Source: Nitrospirota bacterium (GTDB lineage: Bacteria; Nitrospirota; UBA9217). Taken from it: 64,000 bases of DNA. The position numbers were made by a program, and so were the translations under genes. The stretch covers positions 128,001 through 192,000 of the forward strand of contig CAWIYV010000014.1 in the NCBI GenBank assembly GCA_963840455.1. Direction: 5' to 3'. Positions 21,229-30,884 of the stretch are shown one piece after another (the first letter of the stretch is position 1; every line of letters begins with the position of its first letter). The notes under the pieces were generated by a model, which did no database searches, was not told the DNA's origin, and was given only the letters and a program-made list of their open reading frames with translations.

Positions 21229-22314
21229 ATGACCAAACACTGGAATACCCTGCAGCAATGGATCAAGAAGCATCTCTGGGTAACGTTCATCGTTGCCACG
21301 GCCGTGCTGACGACGGCGATCCATTTCTACGTTGCCCTGTTCGTGCCGCCGACCCTGGAGAAGGCGTGGAAAGAGGTCCAGGTGACCGAGGGCATGAGCT
21401 TCAAGGCCATCGCCGCGACGCTTCAGAAGGAAGGCATCATCCGTTACCGTGGGTACTTTGAGATCATCGGCCGACTCCAGGGCATCACGCGCAAGGTCCG
21501 GACGGGGTACTACGGCCTCGGCAGCCACATGAGCATGTGGGAGGTGCTTGAGGCCCTGCGCAAGGGAAAGATCATCGAATACGAGGTCGTGATCCCGGAA
21601 GGCTATAACCTCTACCAGATCGGCTGGACCCTCACGGGTACGCCGCTCATCTCGTCTGACCCCGACGATTTCATTAACATTGCTACGGACAAGAAGCTCG
21701 CCCGCTCCCTCGGCGTCAACGCGGATGGGCTCGAGGGCTACCTGTTCCCGGACACCTACTACCTGCCGAAGGGCATCACGGTGCTGGACATCGCCAAGCG
21801 CATGGTCCTGCGGTACAAGGACGTGTTCACCGATGACATGCGGAAGCGCGCCCGCGAACTCGGCTTCACCGAGCACCAGATCATCACGCTGGCGTCGATC
21901 GTGGAGAAAGAGGCAAAAGTGGACTCCGAGCGGAAGCTTATCGCCGCCGTGTACCACAACCGGCTGAAGAAAGGCATGAGGCTCCAGGCCGACCCGACCG
22001 CGGTATACGGCCTGAAGGCGTGGATCACAAATGTCAGTGCGCAGGACCTGAAGCGGAAAACGCCCTACAACACCTATCTCCACAAGGGCCTGCCGCCCGG
22101 CCCCATCGCGAACCCCGGCCGGGGAGCCATCCTGGCCACGCTCTATCCGGAAAATGTCGATTATCTTTTCTTTGTTGCCCAGGGCGACGGCAGCCATTAT
22201 TTTTCGAAGGACTATAACGAGCATGGAAAGGCCATCGGCAGGTACAAGGCGAACAGGAAGAAAGTGAAGCAGAAAGCGAAGGTTCCGCAGCAGACCGTAG
22301 GCAGTCCGCAGTAG
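21229..22314 (+). CDS. mltG: Endolytic transglycosylase MltG
   Basis: N-terminal TM; LEGYLFPDTY, LASIVEKE, LQADPT, PYNTY..GLPPGPIANPG. Confidence 0.97.
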   Translation: MTKHWNTLQQWIKKHLWVTFIVATAVLTTAIHFYVALFVPPTLEKAWKEVQVTEGMSFKAIAATLQKEGIIRYRGYFEIIGRLQGITRKVRTGYYGLGSHMSMWEVLEALRKGKIIEYEVVIPEGYNLYQIGWTLTGTPLISSDPDDFINIATDKKLARSLGVNADGLEGYLFPDTYYLPKGITVLDIAKRMVLRYKDVFTDDMRKRARELGFTEHQIITLASIVEKEAKVDSERKLIAAVYHNRLKKGMRLQADPTAVYGLKAWITNVSAQDLKRKTPYNTYLHKGLPPGPIANPGRGAILATLYPENVDYLFFVAQGDGSHYFSKDYNEHGKAIGRYKANRKKVKQKAKVPQQTVGSPQ

Positions 22315-22398
22315 GCGGCGGCCAGGGGGAGAGCAAGACGCCCGGTATGAGCTTTATTGCCCGATGGATCTTGCATTTCAAAAGGCGGTAGCGGGACA

Positions 22399-22704
22399 AT
22401 GGACAAGAGCGCGGTTTCATTGCTGACGACCAGTTTGCAGGTGCTATGGCCGCTGTTGGCGATCCTGTGGTTCCTGGGGCTGTTCTTCCAGTTCCTGATG
22501 ATCGCCAATCGCAAACCGAACGTGAAGGTCTTTGACCAGCGGCTGATGTACAACCCCTTTAATATCCAGTTCTACGGTGACCAGTACCTGACGCTCAAAG
22601 GGCTCAAGTGGAGGAACTTGTCCTGGATCTGCTACGGCGTTTTCGTCGGGATCCTGGTGCTGATCTTCGCCGTATATTACTATATCAAGAAGCCGGCAGC
22701 GTAG
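22399..22704 (+). CDS. Small two-TM hypothetical protein
   Basis: Two hydrophobic segments; host-like codon usage. Confidence 0.65.
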   Translation: MDKSAVSLLTTSLQVLWPLLAILWFLGLFFQFLMIANRKPNVKVFDQRLMYNPFNIQFYGDQYLTLKGLKWRNLSWICYGVFVGILVLIFAVYYYIKKPAA

Positions 22705-22720
22705 ACATGCTCCGGACGCA

Positions 22721-23125
22721 TCACTCGATCGTGATCGTGTAGCCGGAGAACTCCGGAAGGGCGGCGAGCACTTCCTTCAGACCTTCAGCCTTGAACTTCC
22801 CGTAGGCCATCGAGTTGTCGAACAGTTTGATGGCCTTTTTGATCCCGTCCCGTTCGAACTTCCCCCCGCCGACAATGACCCATGTCTGGTCCTGGATGAA
22901 GAATTTTTCTTGCTTCGCATCATAACTTCCCTCTATTCCTTTGTCCATGCAGAACCGCTCGATGATGTTGGCGTGGTACTTCGTGAATTCCTTGGGCGAG
23001 AGGACGAGGTAGATCATATTCCCGTTCCTGATCTGGACGAACTTGCCGGAGACAACGGGAGGGATCGCTGTCTGGACGATAGATGTATAGTAGAAGGGAA
23101 TATAGTCGATAAGGACCGTCGGCAT
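22721..23125 (-). CDS. Hypothetical protein resembling the Janus/Ocnus (PHPT1) phosphohistidine phosphatase family
   Basis: PTVLID, GKFVQIR, YHANI, GGGK, KKAIKLFDNSMAYG occur in the same order as PHPT1 PDVDID, FKYVLIR, YHADI, GGGR, KKIHVYGYSMAYG (recalled sequence). Confidence 0.65.
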   Translation of the reverse strand: MPTVLIDYIPFYYTSIVQTAIPPVVSGKFVQIRNGNMIYLVLSPKEFTKYHANIIERFCMDKGIEGSYDAKQEKFFIQDQTWVIVGGGKFERDGIKKAIKLFDNSMAYGKFKAEGLKEVLAALPEFSGYTITIE

Positions 23126-23275
23126 GGCTCTATTATAGCTGAAGGCAGAAAGATGTGCAGCAGGGAGTGCGGCCGGGTGCACAGGCTGCATTACTGGTAC
23201 AGTCGGTCTGAGCCCTATCTTCCTCTTGTGAAAAAAGGCCGGTGAATTGAGGCAGGCAACGGCAGGCGGGGCGGA

Positions 23276-23923
23276 TCACTTTTTCATACTACGGGAGTAT
23301 ACGTGCGCGCACCGGATCGGTTCGGGTATTCGATAGCTCCCGACGCATGACAGCACGAACCTGACCGATCCTTCCCTGTCGATGCAATGACCCGGCGATA
23401 CGAACAGGGGACGCACACCATCCTTTGTTCTCAGCACCGCACCGATGACATCTCCTTCATAATTCAGGTCCGACCACGATCCTTTTCGCACTCCCGGTTC
23501 GCGGTAGTCTCCCACCAATCTTGTCTTGGCGCATCCGATCGTTGGAACGTCCAGCTGCACACCGATGTGGCATGCGATGCCGAATCCCCGTGGATGGGCG
23601 ATACCCTGGCCATCGACCAGGATGATATCCGGCATCCGCGCAAGCTTCCGGACCGCAGCGATGATGGCAGGTCCCTCACGGAAAGCGAGGTAACCCGGGA
23701 CGTAGGGGAATCGAAGTTCCTGGATATCCGCGGTCCGTTCCAGGCAGGTAAGGTCAGGAAAGGAGTACAGGCAGGCCGCGGCTGCGACGTGGTCCTCCGT
23801 GAACGCCGCATCCACGCCGGCGATGAAGCGCGGCGTGCCACGGTAGGCGGTGATGCGGACCCTGGAGCGCAGGCGTTCCTGCATTTCGCGGGCCTTCTGT
23901 ATGTTTCCCGGCCAACGTACGGT
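23276..23923 (-). CDS. nfi: Endonuclease V (start codon anomalous; first ATG at 23884)
   Basis: [51 protein letters not shown]. Confidence 0.93.
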   Translation of the reverse strand, partial: TVRWPGNIQKAREMQERLRSRVRITAYRGTPRFIAGVDAAFTEDHVAAAACLYSFPDLTCLERTADIQELRFPYVPGYLAFREGPAIIAAVRKLARMPDIILVDGQGIAHPRGFGIACHIGVQLDVPTIGCAKTRLVGDYREPGVRKGSWSDLNYEGDVIGAVLRTKDGVRPLFVSPGHCIDREGSVRFVLSCVGSYRIPEPIRCAHVYSRSMKK

Positions 23924-24039
23924 CTATTTTCCTCTTAAATTCTTGCTGAATCTGGAGTATCTGTGGCGCCAAAGTACGCGTCCATGATTACCGGGGTGGC
24001 GAGAACTGTTGACGAAGATTATGGACTATACCTAATCCG

Positions 24040-24520
24040 TTACTGTACAGGTCGTTGAACCGGAAACACCGCCTGATGTCGCCGTAATCGTGGCTGAACC
24101 GCTCCCTACGGCCGCCGCAAGTCCATTAACTATCCGCCGCATTACTCATCGTAGCTGCGCCGATGTTGGAGGAGCTCCACGTCACAGATGCTGTTATGAC
24201 TTGCGTGCTGTTGTCGGAGAAAGTTCCTGTCGCATTGAATTGATGATTGTAGCCTTTATGAATGGTAGGGTTGACAGGAGTAATTTCAATGAAGCATAAA
24301 GTAAGGAGGCGGAATAGTTGAGCCTACCTTGCCTTTACAACTGAAAACCGTCAAGAAGAGCTGCACAATAAACAGCCAGTTTGCTTTTCATTGTTTGGCT
24401 GTTCTTAGTAAGAATATTCATAAAACCCGCCCTCTAACGGCTGACAAAACCGCGAGTCCAATTCAAACAGATAGAAGAAATGCGATATAGCGTTTTGATG
24501 GTCAATAATAGGTAACCTTG
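24040..24520 (-). pseudogene. Degenerate, internally deleted duplicate of the Big_2 lipoprotein gene and ~130 bp of its upstream region
   Basis: 24391-24518 aligns with 26502-26628; 24040-24391 aligns with the signal peptide and Big_2 repeat, with frameshifts and an early TAA. Confidence 0.85.
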
Positions 24521-24852
24521 ATCTGTCCCCAAAACCTGTACCACTCTGAGATTCGGACCTATGCTTTCATAAATGCTAGCATAAAATCGAAAGGAGAACA
24601 ATCACGAGTGTCAGGAAAGAATTCTCTCCCGAGCAGATTCTCGGGCAGATCAGGGATGAACTACCGAACTAAGGGAATTTTACGTCATTAGCAGAGACGA
24701 GGGTCTTGATTGAACTGTGGAGATGAGAGTATGATCACGTTTGACCACACAGCTCTCTGGGATGCCGCCTCCCGGCCCCAGAGGAGATCCAACCCAAAAA
24801 TCCGACTCTCCAATGGGAACAATAATCAGGGGCAGGTCAATTTTTCCAGCAT

Positions 24853-26502
24853 TCACGGAGTATCCCCGACCAAGCCTATGGGGTGTTTGGGGTTGGTCCA
24901 GTTGATCACCCAATCATCCCAATAAATAGTCCCTGACATCCCGGACTCAGATGCACCTATAAGGGAACCAATCCACATACCAATGATTTCATCATTCGGA
25001 GTTGCACCGTCTGAAGCGTGGTTTACCGAACCGACAAAGGCAAGGCTGGAATCATAAACATCAACGACAACCGTATCGTTATTGCGATAATCAACCGCGA
25101 TCCAATACCATGCGTTCTGCGGCAGGGTGACATATTCAGTCGAATAATAACCCGTATTATTACTCGTATAAAAGATAAACGACCGCAACCGCATCTCTTT
25201 ACCGGTAGGATCACCAAGCTTCAGATAGGTGTCTGTGCCGGAATTAACTGTATTAATGCACAAGACATCATGTTCGCCATACAACTCCGTCATACCTGAT
25301 GGCACATACAGCCAGAATCCGGTGGTGAAGCTGGTCTTGTAAGTATCAAATACATACTGAACGGTCCCATGTCTGTAGGCTGTCCCATTATTTTCATAAG
25401 CCAGACCTTCCGATCCGGCTGAGTCGCTAACTCCATTGAAGACCGCCGGAGCTGTCTTCTCACCAGAATTGGAGGTAGACGCATCACCATCATTGTCGAT
25501 ATTCCACGAGCCGAGCGTTGTATGGGCATTTGCTGCAAGATTTGTTGTATTCAGTGTTGGGAAATCGAATGTCTGCCACATATCAACAGTGGCTATCACC
25601 GTCACCGTAAGTGTCGTTGAACCAGAGATACTGCCTGATGTCGCCGTAATTGTGGCTGCACCGCCCCCTACGGCCGCCGCAAGTCCGTTACTACCCGCCA
25701 CATTACTGATGGTAGCTGCGCTGGTATTTGAGGAACTCCATGCCACAAACGCTGTTATGTCCTGCAAGCTGTTGTCAGAAAAAGTTCCTGTCGCCGTGAA
25801 CTGTTGTTTATAGCCTGTCGTAATGTTCGGACTTGTCGGTGTAACTGCAATGGAAATCAATATGGCAGGCGTTACGGTAACTGTCGTTGAACCAGAGATA
25901 CTGCCCGATGTCGCTGTAATTGTAGCTGAACCGCTCCCTACGGCCGCAGCAAGTCCGTTACTGCCCGCCGTATTACTGATCGTGGCTACGCTGGTGTTGG
26001 AGGTGCTCCACGTCACCGATGTTGTTATGACTTGCGAGCTGTTGTCAGAAAAAGTTCCTGTCGCTGTAAACTGTTGTTTATAACCTGTCGTAATGTTCGG
26101 ACTTGTCGGTGTAACTGCAATGGAAATCAATACGGCAGGCGTTACGGTAACTGTCGTTGAACCAGAGATACTGCCCGATGTCGCTGTAATTGTGGCTGAA
26201 CCGCTCCCTACGGTCGCCGCAAGTCCGTTACTACCAGCCACATTACTGATGGTAGCTACGCTGGTATTTGAGGAGCTCCATGCCACAGACGTTGTTATGT
26301 CCTGCGAGCTGTTGTCAGAGTAACTACCTGTCGCTGTGAAGTGATAATTGTAGCCATTCTGAATGGTAGGATTGACAGGAGTAATTTCTATGGAGTGTAA
26401 GGAAGGAAGTGGAATATTTAAGACTACCTCACCTCCACAGCTGAAAACCGTTAAGGAAAGTAACATAATAAACAGAATAAAAAGGCAGTTTGCTATCTTC
26501 AT
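24853..26502 (-). CDS. Lipoprotein with three tandem Big_2 Ig-like domains and a C-terminal beta-rich (lectin-like?) domain
   Basis: Lipobox VFSC; three ~90-aa repeats (QFTATGTFSD...VxWSSSNTSVATIS...G.ATITAT.G.ISGST) with 270-bp DNA period; lower GC than flanks. Confidence 0.9.
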   Translation of the reverse strand: MKIANCLFILFIMLLSLTVFSCGGEVVLNIPLPSLHSIEITPVNPTIQNGYNYHFTATGSYSDNSSQDITTSVAWSSSNTSVATISNVAGSNGLAATVGSGSATITATSGSISGSTTVTVTPAVLISIAVTPTSPNITTGYKQQFTATGTFSDNSSQVITTSVTWSTSNTSVATISNTAGSNGLAAAVGSGSATITATSGSISGSTTVTVTPAILISIAVTPTSPNITTGYKQQFTATGTFSDNSLQDITAFVAWSSSNTSAATISNVAGSNGLAAAVGGGAATITATSGSISGSTTLTVTVIATVDMWQTFDFPTLNTTNLAANAHTTLGSWNIDNDGDASTSNSGEKTAPAVFNGVSDSAGSEGLAYENNGTAYRHGTVQYVFDTYKTSFTTGFWLYVPSGMTELYGEHDVLCINTVNSGTDTYLKLGDPTGKEMRLRSFIFYTSNNTGYYSTEYVTLPQNAWYWIAVDYRNNDTVVVDVYDSSLAFVGSVNHASDGATPNDEIIGMWIGSLIGASESGMSGTIYWDDWVINWTNPKHPIGLVGDTP

Positions 26503-26699
26503 TGTTTGGCTGTTCCCAGTAATAAATTCACATAACCGGCCGTCTTACGGCTATAAAAATCCTTGTGACCAATTGGAACAGATAAAAGTATTGCCATATA
26601 GAGATTGGATGGTCAATAATATTTGACCTCGTCCTGTTGGCCTAGAGAAGCATAAGGGCATTCGGGGTGAACACCTAAATGATGCAATGTTCAAGAATA

Positions 26700-27057
26700 C
26701 AGCTTGTAAATCGACCATCCTCGGGTCGAGGATGAGCGTCTTGTCAACGTCCTCCTCTGTCCCCTTCATCTTCCGGACTTGTAAAATGCAAGGTCCCGGT
26801 TGAAGTACTGCATCGCCTCGAAGGGCGACATCTCGATGGCCTTGGTTAAATAGCTGATCGCCCGCTGATAGTCTCCCTTCTGCAGGTATTCACTGCCAAA
26901 CTGTACCGGTCCTCTGTAGGCCCTGTACGTTGCCGCAAAATCCCCAGCCGATGACGCCGCAGGGCAAATGATCAACAAGCAGACGAAGAGCAGGGAGAGC
27001 GAAAGGAGCAACCTGTGGAGATCCTGAAGGCCGCCCATCGTAAGATTGGGTTGCCAT
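26700..27057 (-). pseudogene. Frameshifted secreted TPR-protein gene
   Basis: KGDYQRAISYLTKAIEMSP...YFNR.LAFYK continues in another frame as EEDVDKTLILDP; the ATG with the GAGGTG RBS (27057) is out of frame. Confidence 0.6.
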
Positions 27058-27084
27058 TGAGATCACCTCAATAGGATATTGTTC

Positions 27085-27197
27085 AAAATAAAAAGCCGGA
27101 CATACCTAAGGATGCATCCTTCGGCAGCCCGGCCATCTCGCTCATCCAAGACCCGTTGCTTTCCGTCCCCGCCTCACGACGGGTTTGGCTTTATCAA
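27085..27197 (-). ncRNA. c-di-GMP-I (GEMM-I) riboswitch with downstream terminator
   Basis: GAUAAAGCCAAACCCGUCGUGAGGCGGGGACGGAAAGCAACGGGUCU...AGAUGGCCGGGCUGCCGAA; then GCCGG...CCGGC-UUUUU terminator overlapping the aptamer 3' side. Confidence 0.88.
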
Positions 27198-27208
27198 AGT
27201 TTAATTAT

Positions 27209-27237
27209 ATTAAAGCATTAGCACAAGGAGCTGTCAA
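27209..27237 (-). promoter_or_regulatory. Sigma70 promoter driving the riboswitch
   Basis: TTGACA-N17-TTTAAT on the minus strand. Confidence 0.7.
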
Positions 27238-27455
27238 TTTCCATGATTTGCAACTGTTCACATTGTTGCATAGGCGGGAATGTGTGGGCGGTAGCAGAGA
27301 ACCTTGTCTTTAAGGCAATGGGATTTATAACTGCGGCTCGAATCAATTTTCGAGGAGAGGATTAAAATAGTGGTCACCTGGCGTATTGCTGACAACAGAA
27401 TGTAATATGCATTTTTTGATGGCCTCATAAATATCACCTGTGCAGGAAGTATCCG

Positions 27456-28310
27456 TTACTCCCGCTGCCTTGGGTCGAGCGCGTCCCGGATGCCTTCGCC
27501 GAGGAGGTTGTAGCCCAGGACCGTGACGAGGATGGCGAGGCCGGGGAAAGCGGAGAGCCACCAGGCGATCTCGATATTGTCCTTGCCGGACGATAGGAGG
27601 CTGCCCCAACTCGGCGTGGGCGGCTGGACGCCGAGGCCGAGGAAACTCAGGCCGGACTCGACGAGGACCGCGCCGCCGATGCCCATGGTGGCGGAAACAA
27701 GGATGGGGGAGAGGCCATTCGGCAGAATATGCCTGAAGATGATGCGGAAGTCGGACGCGCCAAGGGCGTGCGCCGCGGTCACGAACTCGCGCTCCTTGAT
27801 GGTGATGAACTCGGCGCGCACGAGCCTGGCCGGCTCCATCCAGCTCGTGAGCCCGATGACGATCATGATGTTGATGATGCTGGGCTCCAGGATGGCGATG
27901 ACGGCGAGGATGAGGAAGATCGTGGGGATGCTGAGCATGATATCCACGGCGCGCATGATGGCGCTGTCGATGGTGCCTCCGTAGTACCCCGATACCGCGC
28001 CGAGCAGGATGCCGATGAGGGTCGCGATGCCGATGGCCACGAAGCCCACCTCGAGCGAGACACGGGCGCCGTAGATCATTCGCGACAGCACGTCCCTGCC
28101 CAGGTCATCGGTGCCGAAAAAGTGCTGGCTGCTTGGGGCGACGAGGATGTTCTTGATGTCGATCTTCGATGGGTCGTAAGGCGCGATCCAAGGGGCAAAG
28201 ATGGCGACCGCGAACACGCTGAGAACGAGCAGCCCGCCGCCAAAGGCGAGCCAGTTGCGTTTTACCTGCTGGTAGGTCTGTCGTGCAGTGAGCGTGGTGG
28301 AATTTGACAT
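27456..28310 (-). CDS. oppC: Peptide/nickel ABC permease (OppC/DppC)
   Basis: HFFGTDDLGRD, EFVTAAHALGA, RHILPN, LSFLGLGVQPPTPSWG. Confidence 0.93.
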   Translation of the reverse strand: MSNSTTLTARQTYQQVKRNWLAFGGGLLVLSVFAVAIFAPWIAPYDPSKIDIKNILVAPSSQHFFGTDDLGRDVLSRMIYGARVSLEVGFVAIGIATLIGILLGAVSGYYGGTIDSAIMRAVDIMLSIPTIFLILAVIAILEPSIINIMIVIGLTSWMEPARLVRAEFITIKEREFVTAAHALGASDFRIIFRHILPNGLSPILVSATMGIGGAVLVESGLSFLGLGVQPPTPSWGSLLSSGKDNIEIAWWLSAFPGLAILVTVLGYNLLGEGIRDALDPRQRE

Positions 28311-28366
28311 TCCTTATGTCCTTGTCCCGGTCTTTCCAATCCGCAATCCGAAATCCGCAATTCGCA

Positions 28367-29338
28367 TTAACGAAGCCTTACCCTCGGGTCCGCCAGCGCG
28401 TAGCCGATGTCGGCCAGGAAGTTTCCGAGCATGGTCAGCACTGCCGCGGGCACCAGGATACCCATGGCGACGTTGTAGTCGCGCGAGAAGACGGCCTGGT
28501 ACATGAGCCGGCCCATGCCGTCGATGCCGAAGACGGTCTCCATGATGACGGCACCGCCAATGATGCCGGGAACAGAGAGTCCGAGGATGGTGATGACCGG
28601 CATCAGTGCGTTCCGCAGAGCGTGCTTGTAGATCACGGTGCTCTCGGGGAGGCCCTTGGCCCGCGCGGTCCTGATGTAGTCCTGCCGCATTACCTCGAGC
28701 ATGTTGTTCCGCATGTACCGTGAGAATCCCGCGAGGCCTCCGATGGCGGACACAAAGACCGGCAGGACCAGGTGTTCAGCGCGGTCCATGAGCCACTGGA
28801 GCTTCGTAAAACCGGTCGTGTCCAGGCTCTCCTTTCCGGAGATGGGCAGGATGCCCCATTGAACGCCGAAAAGATAGATGAGCAGCAGGGCCATCCAGAA
28901 GTGCGGCATGGAGTATCCCACGAACACGAACATGGTCGTGGCCCGGTCAAGGATCGAGTATTGGTGCGTGGCGGACATGATGCCGATGGGGATGGCAATG
29001 AGGAGTACTACGAACAGCGACAGGAGGTTGATGGTGAGGGTGATCGGGAGCCGTTCGAGGATCTTGTCCTTCACCTTGCGGCCGTCGGCGAAGGCCTCGC
29101 CGAAGTCCAGGGTCACGAACTTCTTGAGCCACGTGAGGTACTGCTTGTACACCGGCTGGTCCGCTCCGTAGAGCTTCCGGAGGCGTTCCCGCGCCTCGGC
29201 CGACGCCTTTGCCGAGAACTCCATCTGCGCCTCGGCCGGACCGCCCGGGGCCATGTGCATGACCGAGAACGAGAGCAGCGTGATGCCCAGCAGGATGGGG
29301 ACCATGAGGAGCGCGCGCTTTATGCTATAGAAGAACAT
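28367..29338 (-). CDS. oppB: Peptide/nickel ABC permease (OppB/DppB)
   Basis: [33 protein letters not shown]. Confidence 0.93.
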   Translation of the reverse strand: MFFYSIKRALLMVPILLGITLLSFSVMHMAPGGPAEAQMEFSAKASAEARERLRKLYGADQPVYKQYLTWLKKFVTLDFGEAFADGRKVKDKILERLPITLTINLLSLFVVLLIAIPIGIMSATHQYSILDRATTMFVFVGYSMPHFWMALLLIYLFGVQWGILPISGKESLDTTGFTKLQWLMDRAEHLVLPVFVSAIGGLAGFSRYMRNNMLEVMRQDYIRTARAKGLPESTVIYKHALRNALMPVITILGLSVPGIIGGAVIMETVFGIDGMGRLMYQAVFSRDYNVAMGILVPAAVLTMLGNFLADIGYALADPRVRLR

Positions 29339-29345
29339 CGCGGAA

Positions 29346-29600
29346 TCACCCTTTTATCTTGTAGACGAGGTCGAAGGGCTTGGCGGGCTGGGAGAGCTTG
29401 ATGCCGGTGAACTGGCCGCGGCTGGCCTTTTCCACGGGTTTGTGGTCGAACTCCATGTAATCGACCATCTGGGTGATGTCGGTGCTCGGGCCCTTGATGT
29501 GGACCGTGTCTCCGATCGCGAGGTCGCCGAAATCCAGCTTCAAGGCCGCGATGGAGTTCTTTTCAAAAAACCTGAGCACGGAGCCTATACGCTCTTCCAT
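29346..29600 (-). CDS. Small beta-barrel protein (EF-Tu domain II / U32 C-terminal-like)
   Basis: [22 protein letters not shown]...Q.V.....H.PV..A..G...GIK. Confidence 0.75.
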   Translation of the reverse strand: MEERIGSVLRFFEKNSIAALKLDFGDLAIGDTVHIKGPSTDITQMVDYMEFDHKPVEKASRGQFTGIKLSQPAKPFDLVYKIKG

Positions 29601-29700
29601 GGTGAAAATAATAGTATAAAACCACTGAGGTTTCAAGGGAAAAGGACGCAGGGTCGCGGGTAGTAAGGTCAAAAAGGGCATGTATTCTAGCCCTTTGCGC

Positions 29701-29729
29701 TTGACAAGGCCGGGGTTGATGAGTATTAT
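29701..29729 (+). promoter_or_regulatory. tRNA operon promoter
   Basis: TTGACA-N17-TATTAT. Confidence 0.8.
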
Positions 29730-29768
29730 ATGTTCTGCCGTAAGGGGTACGATGTCCGCGGTGTTACG

Positions 29769-29845
<77 letters not shown>

Positions 29846-29918
29846 TTAAGCAGCTCAGGGCTGATAGCTGATGGCTCGCAGGGCAGGGAGCTATGAGCCG
29901 GGAGCTGCGAGCTGATCC

Positions 29919-29995
29919 GCGCCTGTAGCTCAGGTGGATAGAGCAACAGCCTTCTAAGCTGTGGGTCAGGGGTTCGAATCCCTTCAGGCGCGCCA
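29919..29995 (+). tRNA. tRNA-Arg(TCT)
   Basis: ACAGC-CT-TCT-AA-GCTGT; GTTCGAATC; CCA. Confidence 0.97.
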
Positions 29996-30038
29996 TTTAT
30001 TCGTACAATATCGATTGGGGCAGCAGGAAGAGAGAGCA

Positions 30039-30170
30039 GAACCTGACCCAAGGGGTTTCAGGGGAAGGATTCCCCTGAGCCTCGGGGGAGACGCCAGAGG
30101 GGGCGGGCCCCCGCTGGGGAGCCCCTCGCGGGCGACGGGTCAACGGGTTCGAATCCCTTCAGGCGCGCCA
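30039..30170 (+). repeat. tRNA-linked structured unit A ending in a copy of the tRNA-Arg(TCT) 3' end
   Basis: Three GC-rich hairpins followed by GGGTTCGAATCCCTTCAGGCGCGCCA. Confidence 0.85.
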
Positions 30171-30224
30171 ATATCTCGATGGACATCGATCGCTAAAGGG
30201 ACTCACGGTCGATGGATGAGGGTT

Positions 30225-30357
30225 CGAACGCGCTGTGCCGGCGCATCCGCTCGTCAGGAGCGGACCAAGCGGGCACAGTGTAAAGGGATAATCCTGACGC
30301 GTGGAAGATTCCCGCTTCATCGCACCAAGGGGACCTTCAATCCCTTCAGGCGCGCCA
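30225..30357 (+). repeat. Second tRNA-linked unit ending in a shorter tRNA-Arg(TCT) 3' copy
   Basis: AATCCCTTCAGGCGCGCCA at 30339-30357, preceded by a family-C fragment (GAAGATTCCCGC...GGACCTTCA). Confidence 0.75.
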
Positions 30358-30422
30358 AATATAAAACAGTCAAGATTCAAAATTTTGAATTTTCCATTTT
30401 GAATTTTGAATTGTCTTTTCAT

Positions 30423-30499
30423 GGTGGGCGTAGCTCAGTTGGTAGAGCACTAGGTTGTGGCCCTAGTGGTCGCGGGTTCAAGCCCCGTCGCTCACCCCA
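30423..30499 (+). tRNA. tRNA-His(GTG)
   Basis: Encoded G-1; CTAGG-TT-GTG-GC-CCTAG; CCA. Confidence 0.97.
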
Positions 30500-30508
30500 A
30501 TTTTTTGT

Positions 30509-30591
30509 AGTGCGGAGTTCGGAGTGGGGAATGCGGAGTGAGGATCATCCATGATCCTTGATTCCGCATTCGGCATTCCGCACTCCGCAAT
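30509..30591. repeat. Heptamer-based inverted repeat (family B)
   Basis: TGCGGAG TTCGGAG TGGGGAA TGCGGAG ... ATTCCGC ATTCGGC ATTCCGC ACTCCGC. Confidence 0.85.
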
Positions 30592-30597
30592 TTATTT

Positions 30598-30674
30598 GCG
30601 CCCGTAGCTCAGCTGGATAGAGCGTTGGCCTCCGAAGCCAAAGGCCGCGCGTTCGAATCGCGCCGGGCGCACCA
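30598..30674 (+). tRNA. tRNA-Arg(CCG)
   Basis: TTGGC-CT-CCG-AA-GCCAA; CCA. Confidence 0.97.
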
Positions 30675-30683
30675 GATCAAGAA

Positions 30684-30743
30684 AATTCAACATTCAAAAC
30701 TCAAGATTCACCATGTTGAATATTGAATTGGGAATTTTGAATT
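30684..30743. repeat. Heptamer-based inverted repeat (family B, AT-rich variant)
   Basis: AATTCAA CATTCAA AACTCAA GATTCA ... TGTTGAA TATTGAA TTGGGAA TTTTGAA. Confidence 0.85.
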
Positions 30744-30753
30744 CGCAGAATAT

Positions 30754-30830
<77 letters not shown>

Positions 30831-30884
30831 ATTCTCAATACGAAAGATAAGGTCCGGCAGTAGAGCATCGTGCGTTCTTTCCTG

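Noticed and set aside
25590-26400. 270-bp tandem DNA repeats
   Set aside because: Fully explained by three in-frame Big_2 domains.
29977-30357. CRISPR-like array of three direct repeats
   Set aside because: The repeats are the tRNA-Arg 3' end, the spacers are ~150-170 bp, and there are no cas genes.
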